64,000 nt of DNA from Clostridia bacterium (GCA_045648785.1 JAZROP010000018.1:4311-68310); one strand, 5' to 3'; positions 1 through 9,010 are shown, numbered from the stretch's first letter. Numbers and translations are program-made. The notes: generated by a model from the sequence alone, not told the origin.

Positions 1-769
1 TACCCCCACAGATTTTCATATGAGTTAGTCTATTACCCTGCTCATCCTGAGTAATTTTATATACTTTTGCACCAAACTCATCTCTTTTTTCTGCCGGCAA
101 CGTAAATTCATCAAACAGCTTTAAAAACTCGTCAACTCCCTCCTGTTTTAACGCTGAGCCAAAAAAACAGGGGAATATTTTTCTTCTTTTTATCAGTCTT
201 AATATTCTATCCTTGCCAACTTCTCCACTTTCAAGAAATTCTTGCATCGCTTTTTCATCCGACAGAGCAACGCTTTCGTAAAAGCTTTCGCTGCCGAAAG
301 ATGCAAAATCAATACAGTTATCATCAAGCTTTGCTTTGAGATTATGCAAAAGAGCGTTCGCACTGTAGCTTGAAATATCCATTTTGTTTACAAATATAAA
401 CACCGGAATATTTTTGTTTTTGAGAATATACCACAGCGTTTCGGTGTGGCTCTGCACTCCCTCGCTTCCACTTACAACCAAAACCGCATAATCAAGCACC
501 GAGAGAGTTCTCTCGGTTTCTGCCGAGAAATCCACATGACCAGGAGTGTCCAGCAGGGTAATCTCGCTTGAGGCAGTCTTTAAAACTGCTTGTTTTGCGA
601 AAATGGTAATTCCCCGTTCCCGTTCTATTATGTTTGTATCAAGAAAAGTATCCCCGTGGTCAACTCTGCCTCTTTTTCTTATCTCACCCGCTGAGTATAA
701 AAGCCCCTCGGATAAGGTGGTTTTACCTGAGTCAACATGAGCGAGGATTCCCGTCACAAGTTTCTTCAT
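1..769 (-). CDS. Translational GTPase of the TetM/TetW-like ribosome-protection family (5' part only; runs off the window start; absent from the ORF track)
   Basis: Manual translation from ATG at 769 (RBS AAGGTG): MKKLVTGILAHVDSGKTTLSEGLLY...RGRVDHGDTFLDT..ERERGITIF..LLDTPGHVDF..FVNKMD..FFGSALK; G1-G5 motifs intact. Confidence 0.85.
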   Translation of the reverse strand, partial: MKKLVTGILAHVDSGKTTLSEGLLYSAGEIRKRGRVDHGDTFLDTNIIERERGITIFAKQAVLKTASSEITLLDTPGHVDFSAETERTLSVLDYAVLVVSGSEGVQSHTETLWYILKNKNIPVFIFVNKMDISSYSANALLHNLKAKLDDNCIDFASFGSESFYESVALSDEKAMQEFLESGEVGKDRILRLIKRRKIFPCFFGSALKQEGVDEFLKLFDEFTLPAEKRDEFGAKVYKITQDEQGNRLTHMKICGG

Positions 770-840
770 ATTGTCACCTTAGTTTATTCATTAATTTTAT
801 TGTATCATAAAAAATATACTTTGTAAAATATTATTTCTAT

Positions 841-871
841 TGTTGAAAAATTCAACATTATATGTTATACT
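841..871 (+). promoter_or_regulatory. sigmaA-type promoter with an overlapping inverted repeat
   Basis: TTGAAA (843-848), 17 nt, TATACT (866-871) with TG extension; TGTTGAA-AAA-TTCAACA palindrome at 841-857. Confidence 0.55.
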
Positions 872-913
872 AACTATATATAAATAAAAAAGCAAATAAA
901 CGGTCAAAGTTAT

Positions 914-1324
914 ATGGCGTTACATATTTTAGATGGGGCAAACCGTTGCCTTGAATGTAAAAACCCTGCATGTCACAAAGGGTATCCCATAACCGCATTG
1001 ACGATACCATCGGTATAGATGATTTATTCCGTGATGGCTATAAGGCTATCTTGAAGGGGTAAACTTCAATTATAATTTAAAACCCGTTGACATTCTTGAT
1101 AATGGAGTGATTTTTCGCAAAGTTACCGAGAACACAGACGGAAGTCTGACTGAAGTTGACAGCAGTGACGCTTTTTATCCGTCCGATTCTGTTATTATTG
1201 CTATCAGTCAGGGGCTCTCAATATTATTGTATCCACAACAACGGTAGTTGAGGCTGTTGCCCACAGTAAAATCGTATCTGAAACCATGCACAACTATATT
1301 CAGGGATTCGAAGAAAACAAATAA
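914..1324 (+). pseudogene. Internally deleted relic of a GltD/glutamate synthase small-subunit-like NAD(P)-dependent Fe-S flavoprotein
   Basis: Ordered fragments in shifting frames: MALHILDGANRCLECKNPACHKGYPIT / IDDLFRDGYKAI / EGVNFNYNLKPVDILDNGVIF..DSVIIAISQG / IVSTT-TVVEAVAHSKIVSETMHNYIQGFEENK*; only about 410 nt remain. Confidence 0.8.
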
Positions 1325-1363
1325 AGTATCAGTTTGTTTATTTCATCGAAAGGAGGAATAATT

Positions 1364-2257
1364 ATGTCATTCGCATCAGATGTAAAAAAAGAGCTTATTG
1401 ATTTGCCTACAGAAAAGGATTGCTGTGCAAACTCGTTGCTTTCCGGTATGTTGTGTTTTGGTGGCAAATTTTCCTCCAACGACTATTATACTTTAAACAG
1501 TGAAAGCTACCGGCTTCTTGATTTTTTAAGCATTCTATGTGCAGAAAAATTTCTTATATGCCCCACACTTGTAAAAAGAAGCGGCAGCTATTCGCTTATT
1601 TTACCCGAGGCAACTATGCTGCTGCAGGAGCTTGGCATATTAACCCCTGGACAGGTAAAATTTTCTTTTCCCAAAATGCCTGAGGACTGCTGTAAGCGAG
1701 CTTTTATCAAAGGAGCTTTTTTAAGCAGCGGTACCATTTCCTCCCCAGAAAAACAATATCATCTTGAATTTTCAACCCATCATTTTGGCATATCAGAACC
1801 ACTTCGTGAACTTTTAAAGGAATTTGACATTCCTTCAAAAACGCTCAGGCGAAAATCCCGGTATGTCACATATTTCAAAGACAATGATGTGATATGTGAC
1901 ATTCTTGCTCTCATGGGGGCGGGCAGGGCTGCACTCACATTAAGTGAAACAAACATCACAAAAAGCATTGCAAACCGCGACAACCGGCTGATTAACTCAG
2001 AAAATGCAAACTATGATAAAACCATAACTGCATCGGTTAAACAAATTATTGCCATAAATACAATAGATAATCACTTAGGGCTTGAAAAACTTCCCCCTCA
2101 GCTTAAAGAGCTTGCACAGCTTAGACTTAATAATCGTGATTTGCCGCTAAGCGAGCTTGCAGAAAGACTTGAAATAAGCAAATCGGGTGTTAATCACAGA
2201 ATGAGAAAAATAATAGAAATTGCTGATAGCCTGACAGGAGAAAACGAAAATGAGTAA
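1364..2257 (+). CDS. whiA: WhiA DNA-binding protein (LAGLIDADG-like plus HTH)
   Basis: MSFASDVKKEL start after AAGGAGG; AFIKGAFLSSGTISSPEKQYHLEF; NRLINSENANYDKT; C-terminal ISKSGVNHRMRKI. Confidence 0.93.
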   Translation: MSFASDVKKELIDLPTEKDCCANSLLSGMLCFGGKFSSNDYYTLNSESYRLLDFLSILCAEKFLICPTLVKRSGSYSLILPEATMLLQELGILTPGQVKFSFPKMPEDCCKRAFIKGAFLSSGTISSPEKQYHLEFSTHHFGISEPLRELLKEFDIPSKTLRRKSRYVTYFKDNDVICDILALMGAGRAALTLSETNITKSIANRDNRLINSENANYDKTITASVKQIIAINTIDNHLGLEKLPPQLKELAQLRLNNRDLPLSELAERLEISKSGVNHRMRKIIEIADSLTGENENE

Positions 2258-5200
2258 TTTTGTTCATCTTCATACGCATACAGAATTCAGCCTGCTTGAC
2301 GGGGCATGCCGCATTAAAAAGCTTGTCTCACGCGTTAAAGAGCTGGGCATGAACGCTATTGCCATTACCGACCACGGAAACATGTATGGCGTGATAGATT
2401 TTTATAAAGAGGCGAAAAAACAGGGCATAAAACCTATTTTAGGCTGTGAAGTTTACACAGCACCCCGTAGCCGGTTTGAAATGGAGGGCAGGCAGGATGC
2501 CGAGCCCGGTCATCTTGTGCTTTTAGCTGAAAATGATACCGGTTGGCACAACATAATAAAGATTGTTTCCGCAGGGTTTACCGAAGGGTTTTATTACAAA
2601 CCCCGTGTTGACCTTGAACTTCTGCGCGAGCATAGCGAGGGCATAATTGCGCTTTCCGCCTGTCTTGCCGGCGATATTGCAAGAAGTCTTATGGAGCAAA
2701 ACATTGAAAAAGCTGAAAAATATATTGAAAACTACACAGAAATCTTTGGCAAAGATAACTTTTTCATAGAACTTCAGGACCATGGAATTCCCGAACAAAA
2801 ACAGGTGAACTCCCACCTCATTTCCCTTGCCGAAAAACATGGCCTGGGTCTTGTAGTTACAAACGATATACATTATGTAAATAGGTCGGATGCCAAATTT
2901 CATGACATTCTGCTTTGCATCCAGACAAACCGAAAAGTTACAGATGAAAACCGCATGAAGTTTTATTCGGACGAATTTTATGTAAAATCGCCCGAGGAAA
3001 TGGCAAAGATTTTCCCTGCAATTCAGGAGGCAACAGAAAATACTGTTAAAATTGCAGACAGGTGCAATGTAGAAATAGAATTTGGTAATTTTCATCTGCC
3101 AAAGTTTGAAATTCCTGATGGCTCTGACAGCTTCAGTTATTTGAAAAAACAGTGTGAACAGGGACTTAAAGAGCGTTACCCCGATAGTTGGCAGTCTCTT
3201 TCGGACAGGCTTGATTACGAGCTTACAACCATCAACAACATGGGCTATGTTGACTATTTTCTTATCGTATGGGATTTTATCCGTTTTGCAAAAGAGCGTG
3301 GTATCATGGTGGGCCCGGGCAGAGGCTCTGCCGCAGGAAGCCTTGTTTCTTATGTTCTTAAAATAACAGATGTAGATCCGGTAAAATATTCACTGATTTT
3401 CGAGCGTTTTTTAAATCCAGAACGAATCAGTATGCCCGATATTGATATTGACTTCTGCATCGAACGCCGTCAGGAGGTTATAAACTATGTTATTGAAAAA
3501 TACGGCGAGAAAAGTGTTTCGCAGATTATAACCTTTGGTACCATGGGTGCAAAGCAGGCTATCCGTGACTGTGCGCGTGCTCTTGATATTCCCTATGCTG
3601 ATGCAGACAAAATCGCCAAATTAATTCCCAACGAGCTTAAGATGACTATTGATAAAGCCCTTGAAACAAGTGAGCTTAAAAGCCTCTATGCTGAGGACGA
3701 AATGGTTCGCAAGGTCATAGATGCCGCAAAAGAAGTTGAGGGCATGGTGCGCCACAGCTCCGTTCATGCAGCAGGAGTTGTAATCTGCGCTGGCGATGTT
3801 ACAAATTATATTCCTCTTTCCAAAAACGGCGATGCCGTTACAACTCAGTTTGTAAAGGATACTGTTGAGGAAATGGGCCTCTTAAAAATGGACTTTTTAG
3901 GTCTTCGAAACCTCACCATTATCCGCGACGCCCTGGCTATGATAAAACAGGATACCGGTGAGGAAATAGACCTTGCTCATATAGACTATAATATTCCCGA
4001 AATTTATTACATGCTTTCCGCCGGTAATACTGACGGGGTATTCCAGCTTGAGTCCCGTGGTATGCGAAGCTTTATACGCGAGCTGAAACCGAAAAATCTT
4101 GAGGATATTATAGCGGGAATTTCTCTGTTCCGCCCCGGTCCGATGGACCAGATTCCCACTTACATAAAAAACAAAAACAATCCCGACGGTGTCACCTATA
4201 AGCACCCGCTTTTAAAGCCTATTTTAGAAGTAACCTACGGCTGTATGGTTTATCAGGAGCAGGTTATGGAAATCTGCCGTAACCTTGGCGGATATTCTTT
4301 CGGACGTGCCGACCTTGTCCGTCGTGCAATGAGCAAGAAAAAATTTGATGTGATGGAGCAGGAAGCAAAAAATTTCGTCTATGGAATAACCGACGAAAAT
4401 GGTAATGTTACCCTTTCGGGTGCCATCAGAAACGGCGTTCCCGAAGACGTCGCCATTTCCATATTTGACGAAATGATAGAATTTGCAAATTATGGCTTTA
4501 ACAAATCTCACGCTGCCTGCTACGCCTTTGTAGCGTACTGGACAGCATACCTGAAATATAAATACCCCGTTCATTTTATGGCGGCTCTACTCTCCAGTGT
4601 GCTTTCCGATTCAGCAAAAATTTATCAGTATATCACCGATTGCGAACGCATGGGCATTAAAGTACTGCCACCTGATATAAACTCAAGCTTTGACGGTTTT
4701 TCGCCTGTTGGCGGTAATATTCGTTTTGGTCTTGGCGCAGTTAAAAATGTCGGTCACAATGTGGTTGCACAGGTTGTGGAAGAACGCAAATCTTCACCTT
4801 TTACTGATTTTACCGATTTTGCTGAGCGCATGCAGGGCAAAGACATGAATAAACGAACAGTTGAAAGCCTCATCCGATCAGGTGCTTTTGACACTCTGCC
4901 CCACTCCCGCGCCCAGCTTCTTGAAGCGTATGAACGCATCCTTGACAGGCTGACAAACGAGAAAAAAGGCAACGCTGCAGGGCAGCTTTCACTGTTTGGT
5001 GATGTATTAAATGAGAAACCAAACGATTTTAAAGATATTCCTGAACTTTCTCTGCAGGAAATACTTTCTATGGAAAAGGAAATGCTCGGACTTTATGTAT
5101 CCGGTCATCCTCTTGAGAGCTACGCAGAGATTTTAAACAAAATTCCGCATGTTTCGTGCGGTGACATCGCTCTTGCCCAGGCAGAGGACCCGGAAGCTCC

Positions 5201-5711
5201 CATAAAAGATGGCGACAGAGTCACCTTTATAGGCATACTTGCCGGTCGCAAGGATAAGGTCACAAAAACAGGTTCAACCATGACATTCCTTGATGTTGAA
5301 GACACTTTCGGCTCGGTTGAAACTGTTGTTTTCTCTAATCTTTTTTCAAAGACAAAACATCTGTTTGAAGAAAATGTGCCCCTCGTGGTTCGCGGAAGAA
5401 TTGATATAAACGAGCAGGAATCAAAAATAATTGCAGACGATATAGACCTTCTGGAAAATGTAAATATTTCCGCTCCCACCGCTCCTGAGGAGAGCAAGCT
5501 ATATATAAAATTTGCATTGGGTAAGGATTTTCTTCTGCCTCAGGTGAAGGAGTTTTTAAAAAAATCTCCAGGCAACACGCCCGTGTATATTTTTATTGAA
5601 GAAACAAGGCAGACCTTTGTCGCCGATGCGGAATTTTCGGTTAACCCAACCGAAAATCTTCTCGGTGAGCTTAAAGATTTTCTTGGCAATGATTGTGTTG
5701 TGCTGAAATAA
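2250..5711 (+). CDS. dnaE: DNA polymerase III alpha subunit
   Basis: PHP domain HLHTHTEFSLLDG/AITDHGN; GPGRGSAAGS; PDIDIDF; KMDFLGL; YGFNKSH; OB fold; 1153 aa. Confidence 0.97.
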   Translation: MSNFVHLHTHTEFSLLDGACRIKKLVSRVKELGMNAIAITDHGNMYGVIDFYKEAKKQGIKPILGCEVYTAPRSRFEMEGRQDAEPGHLVLLAENDTGWHNIIKIVSAGFTEGFYYKPRVDLELLREHSEGIIALSACLAGDIARSLMEQNIEKAEKYIENYTEIFGKDNFFIELQDHGIPEQKQVNSHLISLAEKHGLGLVVTNDIHYVNRSDAKFHDILLCIQTNRKVTDENRMKFYSDEFYVKSPEEMAKIFPAIQEATENTVKIADRCNVEIEFGNFHLPKFEIPDGSDSFSYLKKQCEQGLKERYPDSWQSLSDRLDYELTTINNMGYVDYFLIVWDFIRFAKERGIMVGPGRGSAAGSLVSYVLKITDVDPVKYSLIFERFLNPERISMPDIDIDFCIERRQEVINYVIEKYGEKSVSQIITFGTMGAKQAIRDCARALDIPYADADKIAKLIPNELKMTIDKALETSELKSLYAEDEMVRKVIDAAKEVEGMVRHSSVHAAGVVICAGDVTNYIPLSKNGDAVTTQFVKDTVEEMGLLKMDFLGLRNLTIIRDALAMIKQDTGEEIDLAHIDYNIPEIYYMLSAGNTDGVFQLESRGMRSFIRELKPKNLEDIIAGISLFRPGPMDQIPTYIKNKNNPDGVTYKHPLLKPILEVTYGCMVYQEQVMEICRNLGGYSFGRADLVRRAMSKKKFDVMEQEAKNFVYGITDENGNVTLSGAIRNGVPEDVAISIFDEMIEFANYGFNKSHAACYAFVAYWTAYLKYKYPVHFMAALLSSVLSDSAKIYQYITDCERMGIKVLPPDINSSFDGFSPVGGNIRFGLGAVKNVGHNVVAQVVEERKSSPFTDFTDFAERMQGKDMNKRTVESLIRSGAFDTLPHSRAQLLEAYERILDRLTNEKKGNAAGQLSLFGDVLNEKPNDFKDIPELSLQEILSMEKEMLGLYVSGHPLESYAEILNKIPHVSCGDIALAQAEDPEAPIKDGDRVTFIGILAGRKDKVTKTGSTMTFLDVEDTFGSVETVVFSNLFSKTKHLFEENVPLVVRGRIDINEQESKIIADDIDLLENVNISAPTAPEESKLYIKFALGKDFLLPQVKEFLKKSPGNTPVYIFIEETRQTFVADAEFSVNPTENLLGELKDFLGNDCVVLK

Positions 5712-5713
5712 TG

Positions 5714-5755
5714 TAGCAAAGGCAACCATTTGGTTGCCTTTGCTATTGCTTTTTT
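5714..5755. terminator. Intrinsic terminator between convergent genes
   Basis: TAGCAAAGGCAACCA-TT-TGGTTGCCTTTGCTA followed by a T-run. Confidence 0.8.
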
Positions 5756-6524
5756 AAATCGTTTTTTTCTTTCTTACAAAAACATAAATTAGAATTCCTG
5801 ATAGGACAACAAAAATTATAGCAATTGCAATCATTCCCTTATTTTCCCTGTCATTCATCGTGGCGCCTCCGCCGTATTTCAATGTTTCGTCATTTTTGCT
5901 TCGCCGTTTAAGAAACTCTTCAACCAAATTATCTTCATTTGTTTTTATATTGCAAGTTCTCCCAACAACATCATACGTATCAGCTCTGTCTAAATCGACA
6001 AACACTTCTTCTGTCCCATCCGTTACAACAAAACCATTTATAATTGTGGTGTCTGTTACATATTTTGCACTATCAAAATCTATCTCTTTTTTCTCTCTAA
6101 TAAAACTATCGGAAAGTGGTCCTGCAGTAACGCAAAAAACTCTATACCCCTCCTGGCTTTTTATAACTTCAACAACTGCAATTTCTCTGCCCGAAACAAT
6201 TATTGGAAAATAATACTTATTATCTTTTACCAAATACGAAGAAACCTTTTCTTCTCCTTTTTTATATGCTTTTTCCAATTCTACAAAGTCTACTGCGTAT
6301 CCCTCAACACCTTCACCGAACTCTATTGTATTTAGATCATCCTCCGGGGTTATATTAAAATTTTCAGGATCCCCACGAAGCGGAATTAGAATGGTTTCAT
6401 AATTATCTATAGTTCCGCTTGCCAACAACTCCTCTATATCAGCAATTTCATTTGAAACCTCGGCCGTTACAGTCATACCAAACAAAAGGATAGTCACACA
6501 AATTAGTGTAAATAATTTCTTCAT
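5754..6524 (-). CDS. Exported protein with signal peptide and C-terminal membrane anchor; resembles a staphopain-type prodomain
   Basis: MKKLFTLICVTILLFGMTVTA signal peptide; DNKYYFPIIVSGREIAVVEV; C-terminal YGGG..hydrophobic helix..RKKK; RBS GAGGAG. Confidence 0.75.
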   Translation of the reverse strand: MKKLFTLICVTILLFGMTVTAEVSNEIADIEELLASGTIDNYETILIPLRGDPENFNITPEDDLNTIEFGEGVEGYAVDFVELEKAYKKGEEKVSSYLVKDNKYYFPIIVSGREIAVVEVIKSQEGYRVFCVTAGPLSDSFIREKKEIDFDSAKYVTDTTIINGFVVTDGTEEVFVDLDRADTYDVVGRTCNIKTNEDNLVEEFLKRRSKNDETLKYGGGATMNDRENKGMIAIAIIFVVLSGILIYVFVRKKKTI

Positions 6525-6549
6525 TTTCTCATCTCCTCATATCAAGCAA

Positions 6550-7116
6550 TCAAGATTTCTTCTTATTATTGTACCAGGTTGCATTCCAATAAAAAGTGGA
6601 ATTATTACAATAATCACTAAAATTATAATAGGAACGCTGCGTTCCACTCATTTTTGGATCTAAAACATATACCCCTTGATATATATCATTATTCTCTTCA
6701 TATCCATATATAATTTGGGCGTGTCCTCCACCACTATTTGACCATCTAATACCTACCGCTATTGGACTATACCAACCTGACAGCATATTTTTTATTGTAC
6801 TAAATTGAATAGCTGTTGGTGTATAAGTGGTTGAAACCATATACCATCCAAGTACGCTTGTCACTTCAGAGTCCGTTGCTCCTTCATTTACCGCAGACCC
6901 CTTTAATGTAGTAACTATATCGCTTTGACTGGGCAATGGTTCCCACGAATTAAGATAATCAATAACCATTAAAACCACTGCTGCCCAACACCAATTTGTT
7001 TTTTCTTGCCTTCTATCTGTCATATTAAGCTTGTGTGTGGTTGCACCCACGTTAATAGCACTTCCCATAATAATTATTACAATCATTATAAATGATAAAA
7101 ATTTATATTTCTTCAA
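6550..7116 (-). CDS. Secreted papain-fold cysteine peptidase (C39-like/C47/C70-like)
   Basis: Likely TTG start at 7116 after GAGGAG; signal peptide; RQEKTNWCWAA (Gln oxyanion hole, Cys), GGHAQIIYGY (His), VLDP (Asp). Confidence 0.85.
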   Translation of the reverse strand: MKKYKFLSFIMIVIIIMGSAINVGATTHKLNMTDRRQEKTNWCWAAVVLMVIDYLNSWEPLPSQSDIVTTLKGSAVNEGATDSEVTSVLGWYMVSTTYTPTAIQFSTIKNMLSGWYSPIAVGIRWSNSGGGHAQIIYGYEENNDIYQGVYVLDPKMSGTQRSYYNFSDYCNNSTFYWNATWYNNKKKS

Positions 7117-7183
7117 TAGTATCACTCCTCATAATATTTTTTAATAAAACCACTTCGCAAATACTATATTATCATTTCCTTAC

Positions 7184-7239
7184 AAAAAAGAAAAACGTGT
7201 AAATCAATCCTCATACCTTAGAGGGCTGACCTACACGTT
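7184..7239 (-). terminator. Long intrinsic terminator / possible attenuator hairpin
   Basis: On the minus strand AACGUGUAGGUCAGCCCUC-8 nt loop-GAGGAUUGAUUUACACGUU then UUUCUUUUUU; three G-U pairs work only on this strand. Confidence 0.75.
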
Positions 7240-7261
7240 ACATTGCCATTTTCTTCACTTT

Positions 7262-7336
7262 TTACATATCTGCAAAGGAGAACGACCGAAGCTGTAATTT
7301 AAGTGTATCAATCCTCTTTAAAAAACACTTGCCCAT
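7262..7336 (-). CDS. Unannotated 24-aa small ORF / candidate leader peptide MGKCFLKRIDTLKLQLRSFSFADM
   Basis: Purine-rich RBS AAGGGGGAG 6 nt upstream of the ATG; sits between a consensus promoter and a terminator. Confidence 0.55.
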   Translation of the reverse strand: MGKCFLKRIDTLKLQLRSFSFADM

Positions 7337-7366
7337 CGGTATCTCCCCCTTTTTTATTACATCACC

Positions 7367-7395
7367 ATTGTATCATATATATTTTTTAATGTCAA
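7367..7395 (-). promoter_or_regulatory. Near-consensus sigmaA promoter
   Basis: TTGACA, 17 nt, TACAAT with TG extension. Confidence 0.7.
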
Positions 7396-7432
7396 TACCC
7401 ATATAAAGTGTTTTGCAAGTTCGCACACTATT

Positions 7433-8203
7433 TTATATATATTTTTTCATATGACTCAGTGCCGATTTTTCCAACCGGCTCACCTGCGCCTGTGAAATTC
7501 CAATTTCCTGAGCAACCTCCATCTGGGTTCTGCCTTTGAAAAATCTGAGACTTAAAATATGTCTCTCGCGTTCTGAAAGTTTATCTATGGCGTTATGCAG
7601 AGCAATGTTTTCAATCCAGTTTTCGTCGGTGCTTTTGCCGTCCTTGACCTGGTCCATTATATAAACAGCGTCGCCGCCGTCATGATATATCGGCTCATAC
7701 AGGGAAACGGGGTCCTGAATGGCATCAAGTGCAAATGTTACCTCTTCCCTTGTTATATCAAGCTGTTTTGCTATTTCATCAAGTGTAGGTTCCTGTCCGG
7801 TTAAATTTGTCAATCTTTCTTTTGTCTGCAACACTTTATATGCGGTATCTCTTATAGAACGACTAACTCTTATAGGGTTGTTATCCCTTAAATATCTTCT
7901 GATTTCCCCTATAATCATGGGTACGGCATATGTTGAAAACTGGACATTCTGAGAGGTGTCAAAATTATCAATTGCTTTAATAAGTCCCACGCAGCCCACC
8001 TGAAACAAATCGTCAGCATTTTCGCCACCTCGTCCTGAAAATCGTTTCATAACACTTAAAACCAGTCTTAGATTTCCATAGACAAACTCCTCCCTTGCCG
8101 CCTCATCACCTTGCTTTATTCTCTCAAAAAGTTCTTTCTTCTTTTCTCTTGATAAAACCGGCAGCTTTGATGTGTTAACACCACAAATTTCCACCTTATT
8201 CAT
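7433..8203 (-). CDS. sigG: Forespore sigma factor SigG
   Basis: MNKVEICGVNTSKLPVL; DDLFQVGCVGLIKAIDNFD; YAVPMIIGEIRRYLRDNNPIRVSRS; GISQAQVSRLEK. Confidence 0.96.
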   Translation of the reverse strand: MNKVEICGVNTSKLPVLSREKKKELFERIKQGDEAAREEFVYGNLRLVLSVMKRFSGRGGENADDLFQVGCVGLIKAIDNFDTSQNVQFSTYAVPMIIGEIRRYLRDNNPIRVSRSIRDTAYKVLQTKERLTNLTGQEPTLDEIAKQLDITREEVTFALDAIQDPVSLYEPIYHDGGDAVYIMDQVKDGKSTDENWIENIALHNAIDKLSERERHILSLRFFKGRTQMEVAQEIGISQAQVSRLEKSALSHMKKYI

Positions 8204-8290
8204 ATGTGCACCTCCGGAAATAATCATCTTACGATTCTATTATTGCCGGAGCGGGAAATATTTAACCTACCGATTCAAAGTTTATTTTCG

Positions 8291-8333
8291 ACAAAAGAAA
8301 ACCACCTGTACAATACCTACTTGAACAGGTGGT
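8291..8333 (-). terminator. Intrinsic terminator upstream of sigG
   Basis: ACCACCTGT..ACAGGTGGT stem, followed by TTTCTTTT on the minus strand. Confidence 0.55.
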
Positions 8334-8491
8334 CAATAATAGTTTTTAGTCTTTTTATGTGGATAAATTCAGTTTCTGTCTATTAAAACAAGTATGTCAT
8401 ATAAAAAATATACGCTTCATAAGTGATATACCACCACTTGTTAAAAACGGTAACCAAATTAAATGGGCTCCGTAAGTACTCACATCATATT

Positions 8492-9004
8492 TTATTCTTC
8501 CCTTATTGATTTAAATCGTGCATTTAAATGAACCATATGGGCAACTGAAAAGCAAAGACTGTATAGAATGTCCTTTTCCTCCGATGATGTTTCACCGCAT
8601 TTATCCATAGCTCTTTTAAAACCGAAAATATAAAGAATCATATTTTCCAGTTCGTCGCACATATAATTATAGGCAACCGGCACAGAATAAGATTGTTTCT
8701 GCATTTCAAGCATCAAATTCACATCTTCAAGCGATATAATTGTTTTTGCTATTGTAACAAAAAACAAATGGGCTATATGTTCTGCAAAATACTGTTTTTT
8801 TACAGGATTAGGCACTAGCCCCTTTTTAACATAATTACTGAGCATTGACGCTGTAATTTCCATGCACCCGAGCGGTTTTAAATATCCGTTTATATATTTA
8901 GTTGTCTGTTCAAGATACAGTCCCATATCGGGAATTTCATTGTACCGCGGCAAACGGAAACCGCACACAGATTCCACAATATGCTGTTTTACGCTATTTT
9001 TCAT
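8492..9004 (-). CDS. DUF1836 family protein (predicted HTH regulator)
   Basis: LPRYNEIPDMGLYLEQ..ITASMLSNYVKKGLV..PVKKQY signature; divergent from degV. Confidence 0.85.
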   Translation of the reverse strand: MKNSVKQHIVESVCGFRLPRYNEIPDMGLYLEQTTKYINGYLKPLGCMEITASMLSNYVKKGLVPNPVKKQYFAEHIAHLFFVTIAKTIISLEDVNLMLEMQKQSYSVPVAYNYMCDELENMILYIFGFKRAMDKCGETSSEEKDILYSLCFSVAHMVHLNARFKSIREE

Positions 9005-9010
9005 ACCTCT

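Noticed and set aside
1-769. Acquired tetracycline resistance gene
   Set aside because: Belongs to the wider TetM-like GTPase family but diverges from canonical TetM/O/W N-termini, with no mobile-element context or visible leader; partial, so resistance cannot be claimed.
7262-7336. Type I toxin
   Set aside because: The peptide has no transmembrane-length hydrophobic stretch and I see no convincing antisense promoter/terminator pair.
8334-8491. Fourth gene relic or sRNA downstream of DUF1836
   Set aside because: Only short open frames with no recognisable motif or stable structure.
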